A DNA stretch of 64,000 bases, from contig OZ024740.1 of assembly GCA_964016885.1 (NCBI GenBank), forward strand, positions 60,884,001-60,948,000, in the 5' to 3' direction. Under the pieces are notes generated by a model. That model was given only the letters and a program-made list of their open reading frames with translations, had not been told where the DNA came from and searched no databases. The stretch comes from Eledone cirrhosa. Its lineage: Eukaryota. The position numbers were made by a program, and so were the translations under genes. Below, piece after piece: positions 1 to 10,933 of the stretch (position 1 is the stretch's first letter; each line of letters begins with the position of its first letter).

Positions 1-1499
1 TATCACTTGTTACTACCCCCCTCCTCCTCCAAACATTATTGCTATCTTATCACATTACTCGTGTATTTTTCAATTCAATCTCCTTATCAACCAGCATGTA
101 GCTGTCACTGACTGACTCACTCAAATTACTGCCTCTCCTATATTCTCACTGTATTAGTCATACATTCTTTCTTCCTCCACCCTCTTAGTCATCACTCACA
201 AAGGTTCTATTATTAATCAAAGCAAATAATCAGAAAAGAATCTTGCATCTAGTATGACTTACTAAATTCTGATAAATCAAAACTTATTGGTTTTACTAGT
301 TTATCAACTTCCAAATTTGTGAAAATTAAAGCTGAATTAAAAATCTGAAAATAATTTGAAATTTAAAACTGAATTCACAGCCTTGGTATGTTTTAAGTAA
401 AATATAAAAAAAAGTTACCATTTCATTTCAATTGAAGTAATGGACATCACAATTGCTTTTGTTTCAAATCTGTACTGTACTTTGATAAATAGGTTAGGTT
501 ATTTTGATATTTAAAAATATACAAAGAGCATCATGATAAACACTTTAAAAGGAAACCCTTACTTCATATAGGACTGTGGTAGACTTAATCTGTTGCCAGT
601 ATAACCACCACTTGGCTCTCGGGTACCAATCTGTTGCAAGCATTCAGGTCATATCTTCGGTTTGAGGGTATCTCTCTACCTCTCAACATCCCTGAAAACC
701 ATCATGGGCATTGCTTAATCAGTAAAAAGAAAGGGAGAAAGAACAATAGAATGCTGAAGTGTATGGATGTCTTCACTGTGTTTAGTCCCACTGCAACAAG
801 ATCAAAGGGTTAGGGAGTTAGCTTCACAATCATTTGGTTCCGAATTCAATTCCACTATATGCCATCTTGGGCAAATATCATTTACCATAGCCTTTGGTTG
901 ACCCCATGTCTGGTGAGTGAAACTGGGTGGATGAAAGTCCCCTTTTGTTTGAAAGTCCATCAGGTGGATTGTACTTGTAATTCACAGGAAATCTCTTTCT
1001 AAAACACCCAGATAATTATATTAACGGTACATGTGCCTGGAATGCTCAGCCACTTAAAGGCTGTTCCATTGATCAAACAACTTGAATATCATCGAAACTA
1101 ACAGGTCTATTCCATCTAGTAGCTGTTTTGATTCAAGTCTGTTGGGTAACTTTACTCTTCAGCCTTCCAATCTACACTCAAAGTAATATGAAGTTGGGTG
1201 AATCAAATATATCCTTTCTTAAAAATAGTGCCTTTATCTAATCAAAATGAAATATGCTCAAGATTATTTGTCTATATTTAAATATATAGCAGTATCGGTG
1301 TTAAGATACTAATGTCATTAAACATTTGAATTATCGTTTCCTTCTGATCTCATTGTTGGTTTTAAAGTTATATATTAACATTTAGCCCACATGAAGTTGG
1401 TCTATAAAAAAAACCCTATTCATATTACTATTCAAACATTTCATTATAAGAGATATTCAAAATATCTTAAAATAGTTAATAATTCTTTCTGATATTGGT

Positions 1500-1632
1500 A
1501 CAATATATAATATAAAATTAGGAGGAAGGAGAAAATCCATTATAACGTACCTGGTATTTAACTGGATCTTTATTTTATCAACTGTCTCTGGAAGGGTGAG
1601 AGGCAAAGTTGACCTCAGCAGGATTGAACTCA
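1500..1632 (-). mobile_element. Diverged tRNA-derived SINE fragment
   Basis: The reverse complement reads GAGTTCAATCCTGCTGAGGTCAACTTTGCC...GATAAAATAAAG...CCAG, matching the B-box and core of the SINE family at 3543. Confidence 0.55.
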
Positions 1633-1744
1633 AAATATATAATAATAATGAATAATAATAATAATGAAAATATTGTGTACAATGTTCAGGTGCACTACAA
1701 CTCATCAAAAGTGTTTGTATAGTACATAGGGTAATGTACAAACG

Positions 1745-2130
1745 TCAGGAAAATGAACAGTGCATGAGTCATGATATACACGTGTGTATGTGTATGGAAG
1801 GGGGACATCAGGTGTAATTTTGGCGAATTTCGGGAAGCATGAGGGTTTTAAAGAATGCAGTGTCTCGGCAGCTAACTGACGCAGTCTGTTTGTTCCATGC
1901 TTCAGCAACTCTCAGCGTGAAAAAATGTTTATGAAAGTCATGGGAGCTGTGCTGTTTTCTGTTTTTGTAGGCATGTCCACGTGTGTTAGACACATGGAGA
2001 TCAAAAAGGTGCTCAGGGTTGTTGTTGGCGAGATGGATAATAGTCCATTGCCAGACGTCGAAGGAAGCAAGGCGTTCAGTATGGTAGGTGTCTGATGGAC
2101 GGTATGCATTTGGTTGCACGTCTCTGAACA
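1745..2130 (-). mobile_element. CR1-like LINE 3' fragment (degenerate ORF2 C-terminus)
   Basis: ORF 1808-2119 contains NTRGHAYK...HFFTLRVAEAWNK, resembling the TRGH...FFS.RV...WN C-terminal motif of CR1-group ORF2. Confidence 0.6.
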
Positions 2131-3542
2131 GTTTCCAGGAGATCTTAACTAATTACTGTTTTGCCAATACTGCCAGCCCACCATATTTTTAGTTATTTTC
2201 AAAATTAATTGAAACGATATATATTCCATTAGAAATATACCAATGAAAATGTTACTGGAAAAGTACCAATTGATTTTGAGAAATGATCTAAGGGAAATAA
2301 TTCTGTTAAATATCAGTTATATTTTGTGTAATGGGGGATTACATATTACATTTGGCAAACATTTCATCTTTCTATTCTCAGGCTCTGATTGCACATAACT
2401 TTGACAATCTGTTGTAATTTTTCTTTCAGACAATGCATTAATTTCCTCAAATATGTTTGAGTCAAACTTTAATTCAGATGTCAGTATAAATTTTAGGTAA
2501 CTAACTTGTTGTTACCTTATTGCTAATGGAAGGCACTACGTGTAATTTTCAAATTTTGATAATAAAGAATTTGTATGATATCATGGATGTTATCCAACCA
2601 TCTTGCTTGGGGTCTTCCCCGGTTGGTTTTGCCTGTAAAATCTGTACATGATCTTGGGGGGGGGGGGGGGTACATGATCAGCTGGACCAGTTGGAGACTG
2701 TTGCTTCTGACATGACATGCTGGAAGGAGTGTTTGAGGACTTTAACAGGGAGATTCAGCATGAAAGGCGGCCAAACAGTTTCCATTTGGCTAATATTTAA
2801 CTCTGAACATCAAAAGTACCTTGACGCAGTCGGTTTACTGTCACGACTGAAACCCACTTGCCTTGACTGGTGATGACTAACACCTCAGCAGATTAACTCT
2901 CTTCCTTTTCAATTGGCAGTAGCACTAAGACAGCATTTAAGCATAAGTCTTTTGGTATATCTAGGACTACATTGTCCAGTGACTTTTTATTTTAAGACTA
3001 TGGTGTGATTTAAAAGAATGTGGTTACTATTTGAAACTGGTTGAATGATCCTGTAAAATATTTTTAGTTGTATTATTACACATGTGGATCCTTTGTAAAA
3101 GGTGAAAAAATAAATGTTCATAATATAATATGCTGAAGTATCTACATGTATTACTGTATGTTGTATATCTTTGGGGAAATTGGTGTACTTTTTTAGTGAA
3201 CAGGAGTTATCTAATCTTTCTAATAACCTTTCAGGGAAACACGGGGGGTGGGGATAGCTGGATCTTATAAGTTATCTGAGTGGTTTATCTTAATCTCCAA
3301 GAGATGTTAACTTCAAGCTAAGCTGGAAGCTGCTCTGAAAATATAAAATAGATTTAAACAGGTAACCAAATAATACTTTGGATAGCTTTGAATTGTTTTA
3401 AGATGAGATATTAAGGCAGAGATTTGGCAGTCATTAGAGCAGCATTTTTTAACCTTTTTACCCTTGTGGAACTCTTGAAATAATATCTCAAGAGGCCCCT
3501 ACATAAAAATTATTATATACCATCATTATTATCTATATCTAA

Positions 3543-3733
3543 GGGCGGTGGATTGGCAGTATCGGTGGAGGGTCGGACGCCATGCTTTCCAGCATAGTTA
3601 CGTCCCTTTACGATCTGAGTTCAAATCCCGCCGAGGTTGACTTTGCCTTTCATCCTTACAGGGTCGATAAAATAAAGTACCAGTAATGCACTGGGTAATT
3701 GCTGGCCATGTGCCTAAAGTAGAAACAATTATT
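3543..3733 (+). mobile_element. Full-length tRNA-derived SINE with target-site duplication
   Basis: It has an A-box-like TGGCAGTATCGG, a B-box GAGTTCAAATCC, the core GCCTTTCATCC..GGGTCGATAAAAT and an (ATT) tail. ATTATTATCTATATCT is repeated on both sides. About ten related copies occur in the window. Confidence 0.85.
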
Positions 3734-4387
3734 ATCTATATCTTTTATATTTTTTTATCATAGTTCACATAAACATTTTTTCAGATAGTTATGTTAAGGA
3801 AAAAAGGATTTTTTTTTTTTTTTTTTTTTTTTCCAGATAGCTGTTTTAAGGAAAAAATGACTTTTTCTTTTTCAGCTAACTGTTTTAAGGACCCACCCCC
3901 CGCCTGGGAGGGGTAAATTATGGAAATAAAAACAAATTACTAAAAAATGCATATTAGCTTATTCATCACTGTTTCTTGTGGAGACCTTAGCAACCTCTTG
4001 CAGAATCTTAGTGTTCCAGGTAACAGAACTGAATTCAATGCCTAACACTAACATAATATCGATCCAAGTCCTCTACATGTCTCATGGGTTTTTGGATATT
4101 TACTTGAAAAGTTCCTCCCAAAGAACAAGCTTGAGAAAGGTTGTTTTTTTTTTTTATGGCAAACCAGCATGCAAGCTCCTTTTCTTTACACTACTGATTT
4201 TGTCCAAAGATTAGCAATTGAATTCAGAATACAAAGGGCTGAAAGATACCACAAAGTATCAGATCTGATGTTCTCACAATTGCACTGCATTGGATGGCAC
4301 TTAATTTAGTCAACCCTGGAAGGATAAAAGACTAGGTTGTCCTTGGAAAGATTGGAGACATTGAATCTAGTACTCTAATCCAACATT

Positions 4388-4730
4388 TCTCTCTCTCTTT
4401 CTCTCTCTTTCTCTCTCTTTCTCTCTCTTTCTCTCTCTTTCTCTCTCTTTCTTTCTCTCTTTCTTTCTCTCTTTCTTTCTCTCTTTTTCTCTCTTTCTCT
4501 CACTCTTTCTCTCACTCTCTCTCTTTTTCTCTTTCTCTCACTCTTTCTCTCACTCTCTCTCTTTCTCTCTCTCTTTCTCTCTTTCTCTCTTTCTCTCTTT
4601 CTCTCTCTCTTTCTCTTTCTCTCTTTCTCTCTCTCTTTCTCTTTCTCTCTTTCTCCCTATCTCTTTCTCTCTCTCTATTTCTCTCTCCCTCTCTCTCCCT
4701 CTCTCTTTCTCTCTCCCTCTCTTTCTCTCT
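4388..4730. repeat. (CT)n / (CTCTCTCTTT)n polypyrimidine microsatellite
   Basis: Directly visible. It explains the spurious ER-repeat ORF at 4512-4748. Confidence 0.95.
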
Positions 4731-5599
4731 TTGAAAAAACCGCTTCAATTTAAATTAGAACCTTCCAACATCTTGATTTAAGAGTAACGAGGGTTAAATA
4801 ACCTGATGTATCACATTTTTCATATCAGCTTTCAGATTGCTCGCTATCTATATAATTTTTTTTTTACTGAATAATGCTTATTCTCGAAATAAAAAAATAG
4901 ATAAGTAATTGGATTTTGGCATTTTAATGTGCTCTAAACATTCACAGTTAGGGAAATTGCTCTTAAGATTCTTATACTCTCTTTATATTATCATTTTACA
5001 TTCACTTTCGATGTTGACATGGGTTAGACATTCAGCGATCTTATCTTGCTCATATGACCCCTAATTTAACATGGTTTCTATGACTGGTTGTTGGTCCTAA
5101 CACAAACCACTTTACTCTGTTTATTTTGTGGCATGTACCCAGTAAACTTTGGTGTAATCTATGAATTCATATTCAGAAGTCTATATAGAGCAGTGACCTT
5201 ACTGTTTGTTTTCTGGGTGCAAAGACTGCTTTTATTTTTTCAGCCTAATAGGTAGTTATTGATCTCTAGAATTGACACAAGACTAAATTTAAAAAGGGTA
5301 CGATTGATTAGATTGACACCAGAAATTGGCTGGAGTTTTATTTTATCAACTTTGGCAAAATTTAATCTTGGTATATTAACAATAATTTCTAGTCTAGATA
5401 GAGTTTATTAATGTCATTGTTGCCTCGATTGCAATTAACAGGTAAAACACTCATTGAAAACACTACTTTTTACTGTCGGTTATTTCATTTTGATGTTATA
5501 TTTAAATTAATATTAGTACATAAGCCATTATTTATACAGATGAAATATCTAATATTCTGTTTATTCAAAATTGTGTGTATTCATATATATGTGGAACAA

Positions 5600-5790
5600 G
5601 GCTGGTGAATTGGCAGTATCGGTAGAGCGTTGGATCTCATGCATTGCAGCATAGTACATCTCTTTACGTTCTGAGTTCAAATCCCACAGAGGTTGGGGTT
5701 GATAAAATAAAGCACTAGTAATGCACAGGGGTCGATTTGATCGACTTCCCCTTTCTCTAAATTGCTGGCCTTGTGTCTATAGTAGATATC
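5600..5790 (+). mobile_element. tRNA-derived SINE (variant subfamily)
   Basis: It has the same head (GGCTGGTGAATTGGCAGTATCGG...GAGTTCAAATCC) and the same 3' part as the SINE at 3543. Confidence 0.75.
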
Positions 5791-6962
5791 ATGTTTGTGC
5801 ATAGATCTAAGCACTCGATTTAATAAACTTTCTCCTTCCCCAAAATTGTTGGCCTTCTGCCTAAATTGGAAGTCATGTATGGGGAACATCCCTAGTTTTT
5901 TCTTTATATGTATTGTTGAATACTACTTTTGAGTTTGTTTCTAATGCCTCCAAAATTATTTGAATATCATAGGCAGTGTCTTCCATGGAAAATATGATAA
6001 AGTTTCTAAATGATAACATTCTGAAGGCATTGGTTAGTTGAATTAGATATCTTATTACTCAGGTTGAGAAACTTTCTTTGTACAGAAATTAATACACTAA
6101 AAAGAAAATAACTAAAAATCATATTAGAAAATATTGAAAGCCATAAATGTAAAAATATTTGGATGTTTAATGGTTTTCACTTTATAAGAGATAGTATTAT
6201 ATTACTGAACAATTCAATTTCAGCTAGTTTATTTTAATTTAATGCAGAAAACTTTTAGGTAGATTATATTTATAGAAGTTTTCAATTACTGCTGTTTCTC
6301 ACAATCATTAATATCCATACGAATAACAGTAACCAGTAATAATTCTAAGAACATATATGGAAAATATGTTAAATGAAACATCTAAATATGTTGAGCTATG
6401 AACAGAAAACTGCTTATTTTTATGTATTGTACACAGAAATCTCATTATATTCAAATACAATAAGTTGTGGAATAGCCAAGCTAGTTAATTTTCTCTTTGG
6501 TGACTAAGTCATCGGCTTCAAACTGGTTTCAATCTGCCAAGAAATTCTGGATAAAGGAATGGAATGATTTAATAGTATGACTAATGCATTCTGATATTGA
6601 TTTATATATAAAACCTTTTCTGAATAAGTTGTGTTCATATGAAATGTCTTGTCTTGAATTGCAATTAAATAATTCTAAAATTTCTGTTTAAGAAAATAAA
6701 TATAATTTTGTTTGTAGAAGTCTAAATGTCTTTAGGTTAGGAAAAGTGTTTATGGCAATGTTAATGATTATTGCCAATATGAATAAGTTTGTTTCAAATC
6801 TCAAGTTAATAGGAGAATTTCTGTTTAAAAATTGCTAAAACAAAGCCTGACAATTGTATAGTTTCTCTTTTCTGAATGTAGGATTCTATATATTCAGCAA
6901 CTTGTTTTATAACCAAACAGTGATTGGTAATGCTGAGAGGGGGCGCGCCATTTGTTGAGAGA

Positions 6963-7000
<38 letters not shown>

Positions 7001-7079
7001 ATACGTACATACATACATACACACATACATACACACACAATGATATTAAATAAATGGAAACTATATTTATAAAACCATA

Positions 7080-7143
7080 TTTATTCTATTATATATATTT
7101 CAAGGGTACCAAAAACTATGGTACACTTTCATCAGATAAAATA
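7080..7143 (-). ncRNA. Minimal type-I hammerhead ribozyme, opposite-polarity copy
   Basis: The reverse complement reads TATTTTAT-CTGATGA-AAGTGTACCATAGTTTTTGGTACCCTT-GAAA-TATATATA-ATAGAATA. Confidence 0.72.
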
Positions 7144-7226
7144 CAAAGTGTTTTATAAATTTTGACATAGCAGCCAAGGAAACCATAGATATGGTTTCCT
7201 TGGCTATGTCAAAATTTATAAAACTC

Positions 7227-7292
7227 TTTATTTTATCTGATGAAAGTGTACCAAAGTTTTTGGTACCCTTGAAATATATATAATAGAATAAA
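7227..7292 (+). ncRNA. Minimal type-I hammerhead ribozyme
   Basis: Stem I is TTTATTTTAT/ATAGAATAAA. The core CTGATGA is at 7237-7243. Stem II is AAGTGTACCAAA/TTTGGTACCCTT, and GAAA is at 7271-7274. Stem III is the short palindrome ATATATAT, with an AUA cleavage triplet (predicted cut after 7282). Confidence 0.75.
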
Positions 7293-7437
7293 TATGGTTT
7301 TATAAATATAGTTTCCATTTATTTAATATTATTGAATATTTACTCCAGAAAACTGTTGAGTGCTCTGAATCAGTTATAAACATTTATATTTGTTGAATTT
7401 CCAACAAATTAAATATCCCTTCTACTTAGATATATAT

Positions 7438-10400
7438 CATCATCATCATCATCATCAACGTTTAACGTCCGTGTTCCACGCTTGCATGGGTTTGGACGGG
7501 GGTAGTCCCACTTGAGGCAAGAGTGATTGTCTTGCTCGCATAGGACTGTCTGGCAGGTTTTCTACAGTTGGATGCCCTTCCTAACACCAACCACATTTAC
7601 AGTGTGGGTCTGGGAGGTTTTTACCGTGTTGCCTACACGGCCACATTACAGCGTGGACTGTGTGTTTTTTTGTCGTGACACCTACACGATCTCATTTGTT
7701 TCGGCCTCGATGGCGCGGCACCAACATAACTTTACATAGAACGGGGTGGTGTGGATCGGGTGGGGGTGGTGGTGGTGGGACGGGGTGTATTTTGTTAGAG
7801 ATGCCTACTGGCTGGAGTAGGTTTTACTATATATTTAGGTAAGGCGGGTCTTCTCTGTTACTGAGTACCGCCAAAGGTCTCGGTCCAGTGACATTGTCTT
7901 GGAGAGGTGTAAGTGTGTGATGTCGGAGTTTATCAGCTCGTCCCAGGTTTTTCTAGGTCTGCCTATTCCGTGACTACCGTCTATCTTTATTGCCCTGCAC
8001 TTTGTTATACAGCTATCGACTTTCATGCGCATCACGTGTCCATACCAACGTAGCCTTCTCTCGAGTAAACAACATCTGATCCCTCTTATCTCTAATTTTT
8101 TCCTTAGTTCGTTTATGCTTTGCCGTTCACGTATATTACTGTTACACATCCAGCGGAGCATGCAAGCTTCGTTCCTCTCTAGTCTGCGTATATCCTCTGC
8201 ACACAATGCCCAGGTCTCACTGCCATGCAGCATTGCTGTTCGTATGCAGGCATCGTACAACCTGCCTTTCATTTTTAGTGAGAACCCTTTAGCAGCTAAT
8301 AGTGGTATAAGCTCTCTGAACTTTTTCCAACCAGTTCTGACTCTAGCTACAGTACTTTCAGAGCACCCTCCCCCACTGCTGATTTTATCGCCCAGGTAAC
8401 GGAAGCTGTCCACTATTTCTATAGAACCCTCTGCGCAATTGAAAGAGCTAGTAGTTTGTGGGCACTTGCTGCTACTTATTGCACCAGAGCACCGGCCACA
8501 TGTAAAATCTATGTTCTTAGTTAGCTTACCTGTGATCCCACTACATCTTTTATGCACCCATACTTTGCATTTAGGACATAAAATGGAGTTTCTACCTACG
8601 CCTTTCCTACACACCGAGCACGACCATTTCCCAGAAGGGACCGCCGCCTTGTTTTCTTTCCTACAAACTAGTACTTTGGTCTTAGCCAGGTTAATTTTAA
8701 GTCCTTTTGACTCTAGGCCGTGCTTCCATGTTTGGAATTTCTTCTCTAGCTCGGCCATTGATTCCGCTATGAGTGTCAGGTCGTCTGCGTATAGGAGTTC
8801 CCATGGGCAGCCTGTCTTGAACTCCTCTGTTATAGCCTGAAGGGCAATAATAAATAGTAGTGGACTGAGAACAGAGCCCTGATGGACGCCAACTTTTACG
8901 CTAAACTCTTCACTATATTCGTTGTTAATTCTAACCTTGCTGACTGTTTCTTTATACATGGCTTGTATAGCCCTCACAAGCCATTCGTCAACGCCTAGTT
9001 TTCTAAGAGCCCACCAGATAATGGAGCGGGGGACTCTGTCGAAGGCTTTCTCCAAGTCGACAAAAGCTAAGTAGAGGGGTTTACCTTTAGCTAGGTACTT
9101 CTCCTGTAGTTGTCGTACTATGAAAAGAGCGTCTGTGGTACTTTTGCCTGACACAAACCCGAACTGCATTTCATCTAGGTCAATTCTCTCTCTGATTAGT
9201 TGCGCTATTACTTTTTCCGTGACCTTCATGACCTGGTCGATTAATTTAATGCCTCTATAGTTACTCCTATCTAGGGCGTCTCCTTTACCCTTATAACAGT
9301 TAACGATGATGCTGCTATGCCAGTCCTTCGGAACAACCCCATTCTGTACGACTTGGTTAACTATGCGGGTGACCATGGTGTGTCCCACCGTGCCAGATGC
9401 CTTCAGCATCTCAGCAACTATTTCCGAAGGCCCAGCCGCCTTACCAGTCTTCATATCCTTGATTGCCTTACTTATTATACTCCCCTCGACTAACACTGCT
9501 GGTCCCTCTATTGGGTCGATATGGGGGAGACTGCCTTTCTCCCAATTATTCTCCTCATTTAGTAGCCTTTCATAGTGACACTTCCAAGCTACCTTCTTAT
9601 CAGCGTCGGTGATGGCAAGTGTGCCATCGTCGTTTAGTACACACTTCTCCCCGACAATATCACGGTTTTCCTTGACGCATTGCCTAGCAATCCTGAACAC
9701 CTCACGTTTTTGGTCATCGCGTTGTAGAACATGCTTGAACTTTCTTTCCTCAGCTTCCCTTCTTGCTAAGTACACTTGTCTCCTAGCTTCCCTCCTGGCC
9801 ACTTGATAGTCCTCTCTACTTCCCCCATCCCGCCATACTTTCCAAGCCTGCTTTTTGGCCTTAATTGACCCCTCCACCTTACTGTTCCACTACCATGTTA
9901 CTCTCCTCCTGCCTACAGGCCTGCTCCAGCCACAGACCTCGTCTGTCACCAACAGCAGGTTTGCTTTCAGAAATTCCCACTCTCCCTCTATATTGTCCGA
10001 CTCTAAATGTTCTTCCTTACTGTCGAAAGCATCAAGTAATATGCTTTGAAATTTATTCCTGGCTGTGGGGTCCTTTAGCTTCCATATTTTCCTCCTGAGG
10101 ATAGTCCTCTTCTGTTGTCGAGTACGTCTCGTCCTGACTATGAGGTCGCTAATTATCAGTCTATGTTGGGAGGTGCATTCTTCATGGGGGAGGGATTTAG
10201 TGTTAACAACAGACACTCTGTCACGTCTTCTGGTAAGGATATAATCTACCTGGCTTGTGTGTTCCCCGGATCTATAGGTGATCAGGTGATTGTCACGTTT
10301 TTTGAAGTTAGTGTTACAGATAGTTAGGTTATTTGCATCACAGAATTCCAGGATTCTGGCGCCTTCCTCATTTCTAGTACCAAACCCATAGCCTCCATGG

Positions 10401-10715
10401 ATTTCGTCGTAGCCGTCACAATGTTGTCCAACGTGACCATTTAGGTCGCCTGCGATAATTATATAGTCACTGTCGGATATTTGGGAGGTAGTTAGCATCA
10501 GTGTCTCATAGAATCGGTCTTTTATAGTGCCGGGCAGTCCGGATTGGGGTGCGTACGCAGATATTACTGTCACCGTAGTTCTATTGAGGACAAGTCGTAT
10601 TTTAATTATTCTGTCGTTCACTCTATTTACGTCTATTATCTTATCTGCCCACTTTTCTGCTACCATGATTCCTACTCCACCCAGCCCATCGTCGTTTCCC
10701 ACCCAGAAAAGCTTA
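7438..10715 (-). mobile_element. RTE-clade LINE (APE + RT with PHD finger), slightly 5'-truncated, young copy
   Basis: It shows APE motifs (AYAPQ, GDLNGH, DYIL, SQHR) and RT motifs (FVDLEKAFD, QGSVLSP, YADD, YLG). A ~400-bp 3' UTR ends in a (GAT)n tail. ORFs 9890-10702 and 7835-9877 are in one frame, separated by a single TAG. Confidence 0.95.
7835..10702 (-). pseudogene. RTE ORF2 (endonuclease-reverse transcriptase) with one in-frame TAG at 9890-9892
   Basis: It reads TGG-TAG-TGG where the sister copy near 46016 reads TGG-TGG-TGG. It is otherwise open for ~955 codons, but the APE N-terminus is missing. Confidence 0.9.
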
Positions 10716-10933
10716 TATATATATATATATATAAATAAATGGCTATATATAAATAAATGGCTTCTACAGGACTAGAACTTTCATTCGAAGGAAATCCTCA
10801 GGAAAGCCAACTGTCATTGTAGTATGGTGGTATTTGTATGTGGTTGGGGATGGGTGGAGGTCATTGAGCAAGGGATTTTAAAGAACGGATTCTTTGAAAA
10901 AAACATTTTTTAGTAATATACACATTAATACAA

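Larger units (their letters stand above)
7038..7334. repeat. ~297-bp near-perfect palindrome, probable inverted Penelope-like pseudo-LTR pair
   Basis: The left arm (CAATGATATTAAATAAATGGAAAC...) is the reverse complement of the right arm (...GTTTCCATTTATTTAATATTATTG), with the centre near 7187. It abuts a (GT)n(ACAT)n microsatellite. Confidence 0.9.

Noticed and set aside
562-691. Possible minus-strand exon with good TTTTCAG and GTAAGG signals
   Set aside because: All three frames contain stops and I recognise no homology. A UTR or non-coding exon cannot be excluded but is unsupported.
3543-3640. tRNA genes at SINE heads
   Set aside because: A and B boxes are present but there is no complete cloverleaf, and the heads always continue into the SINE core and tail.
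4512-4748. ER/EK-rich ORF and similar TH, YI and CV repeat ORFs (6806, 13562, 48041)
   Set aside because: These are translations of microsatellites.
8025-9806. Antisense ORFs repeated across RTE copies (also 46333-47913 and 31463-32184)
   Set aside because: They are shadows of the RT frame, and their recurrence only reflects copy similarity.
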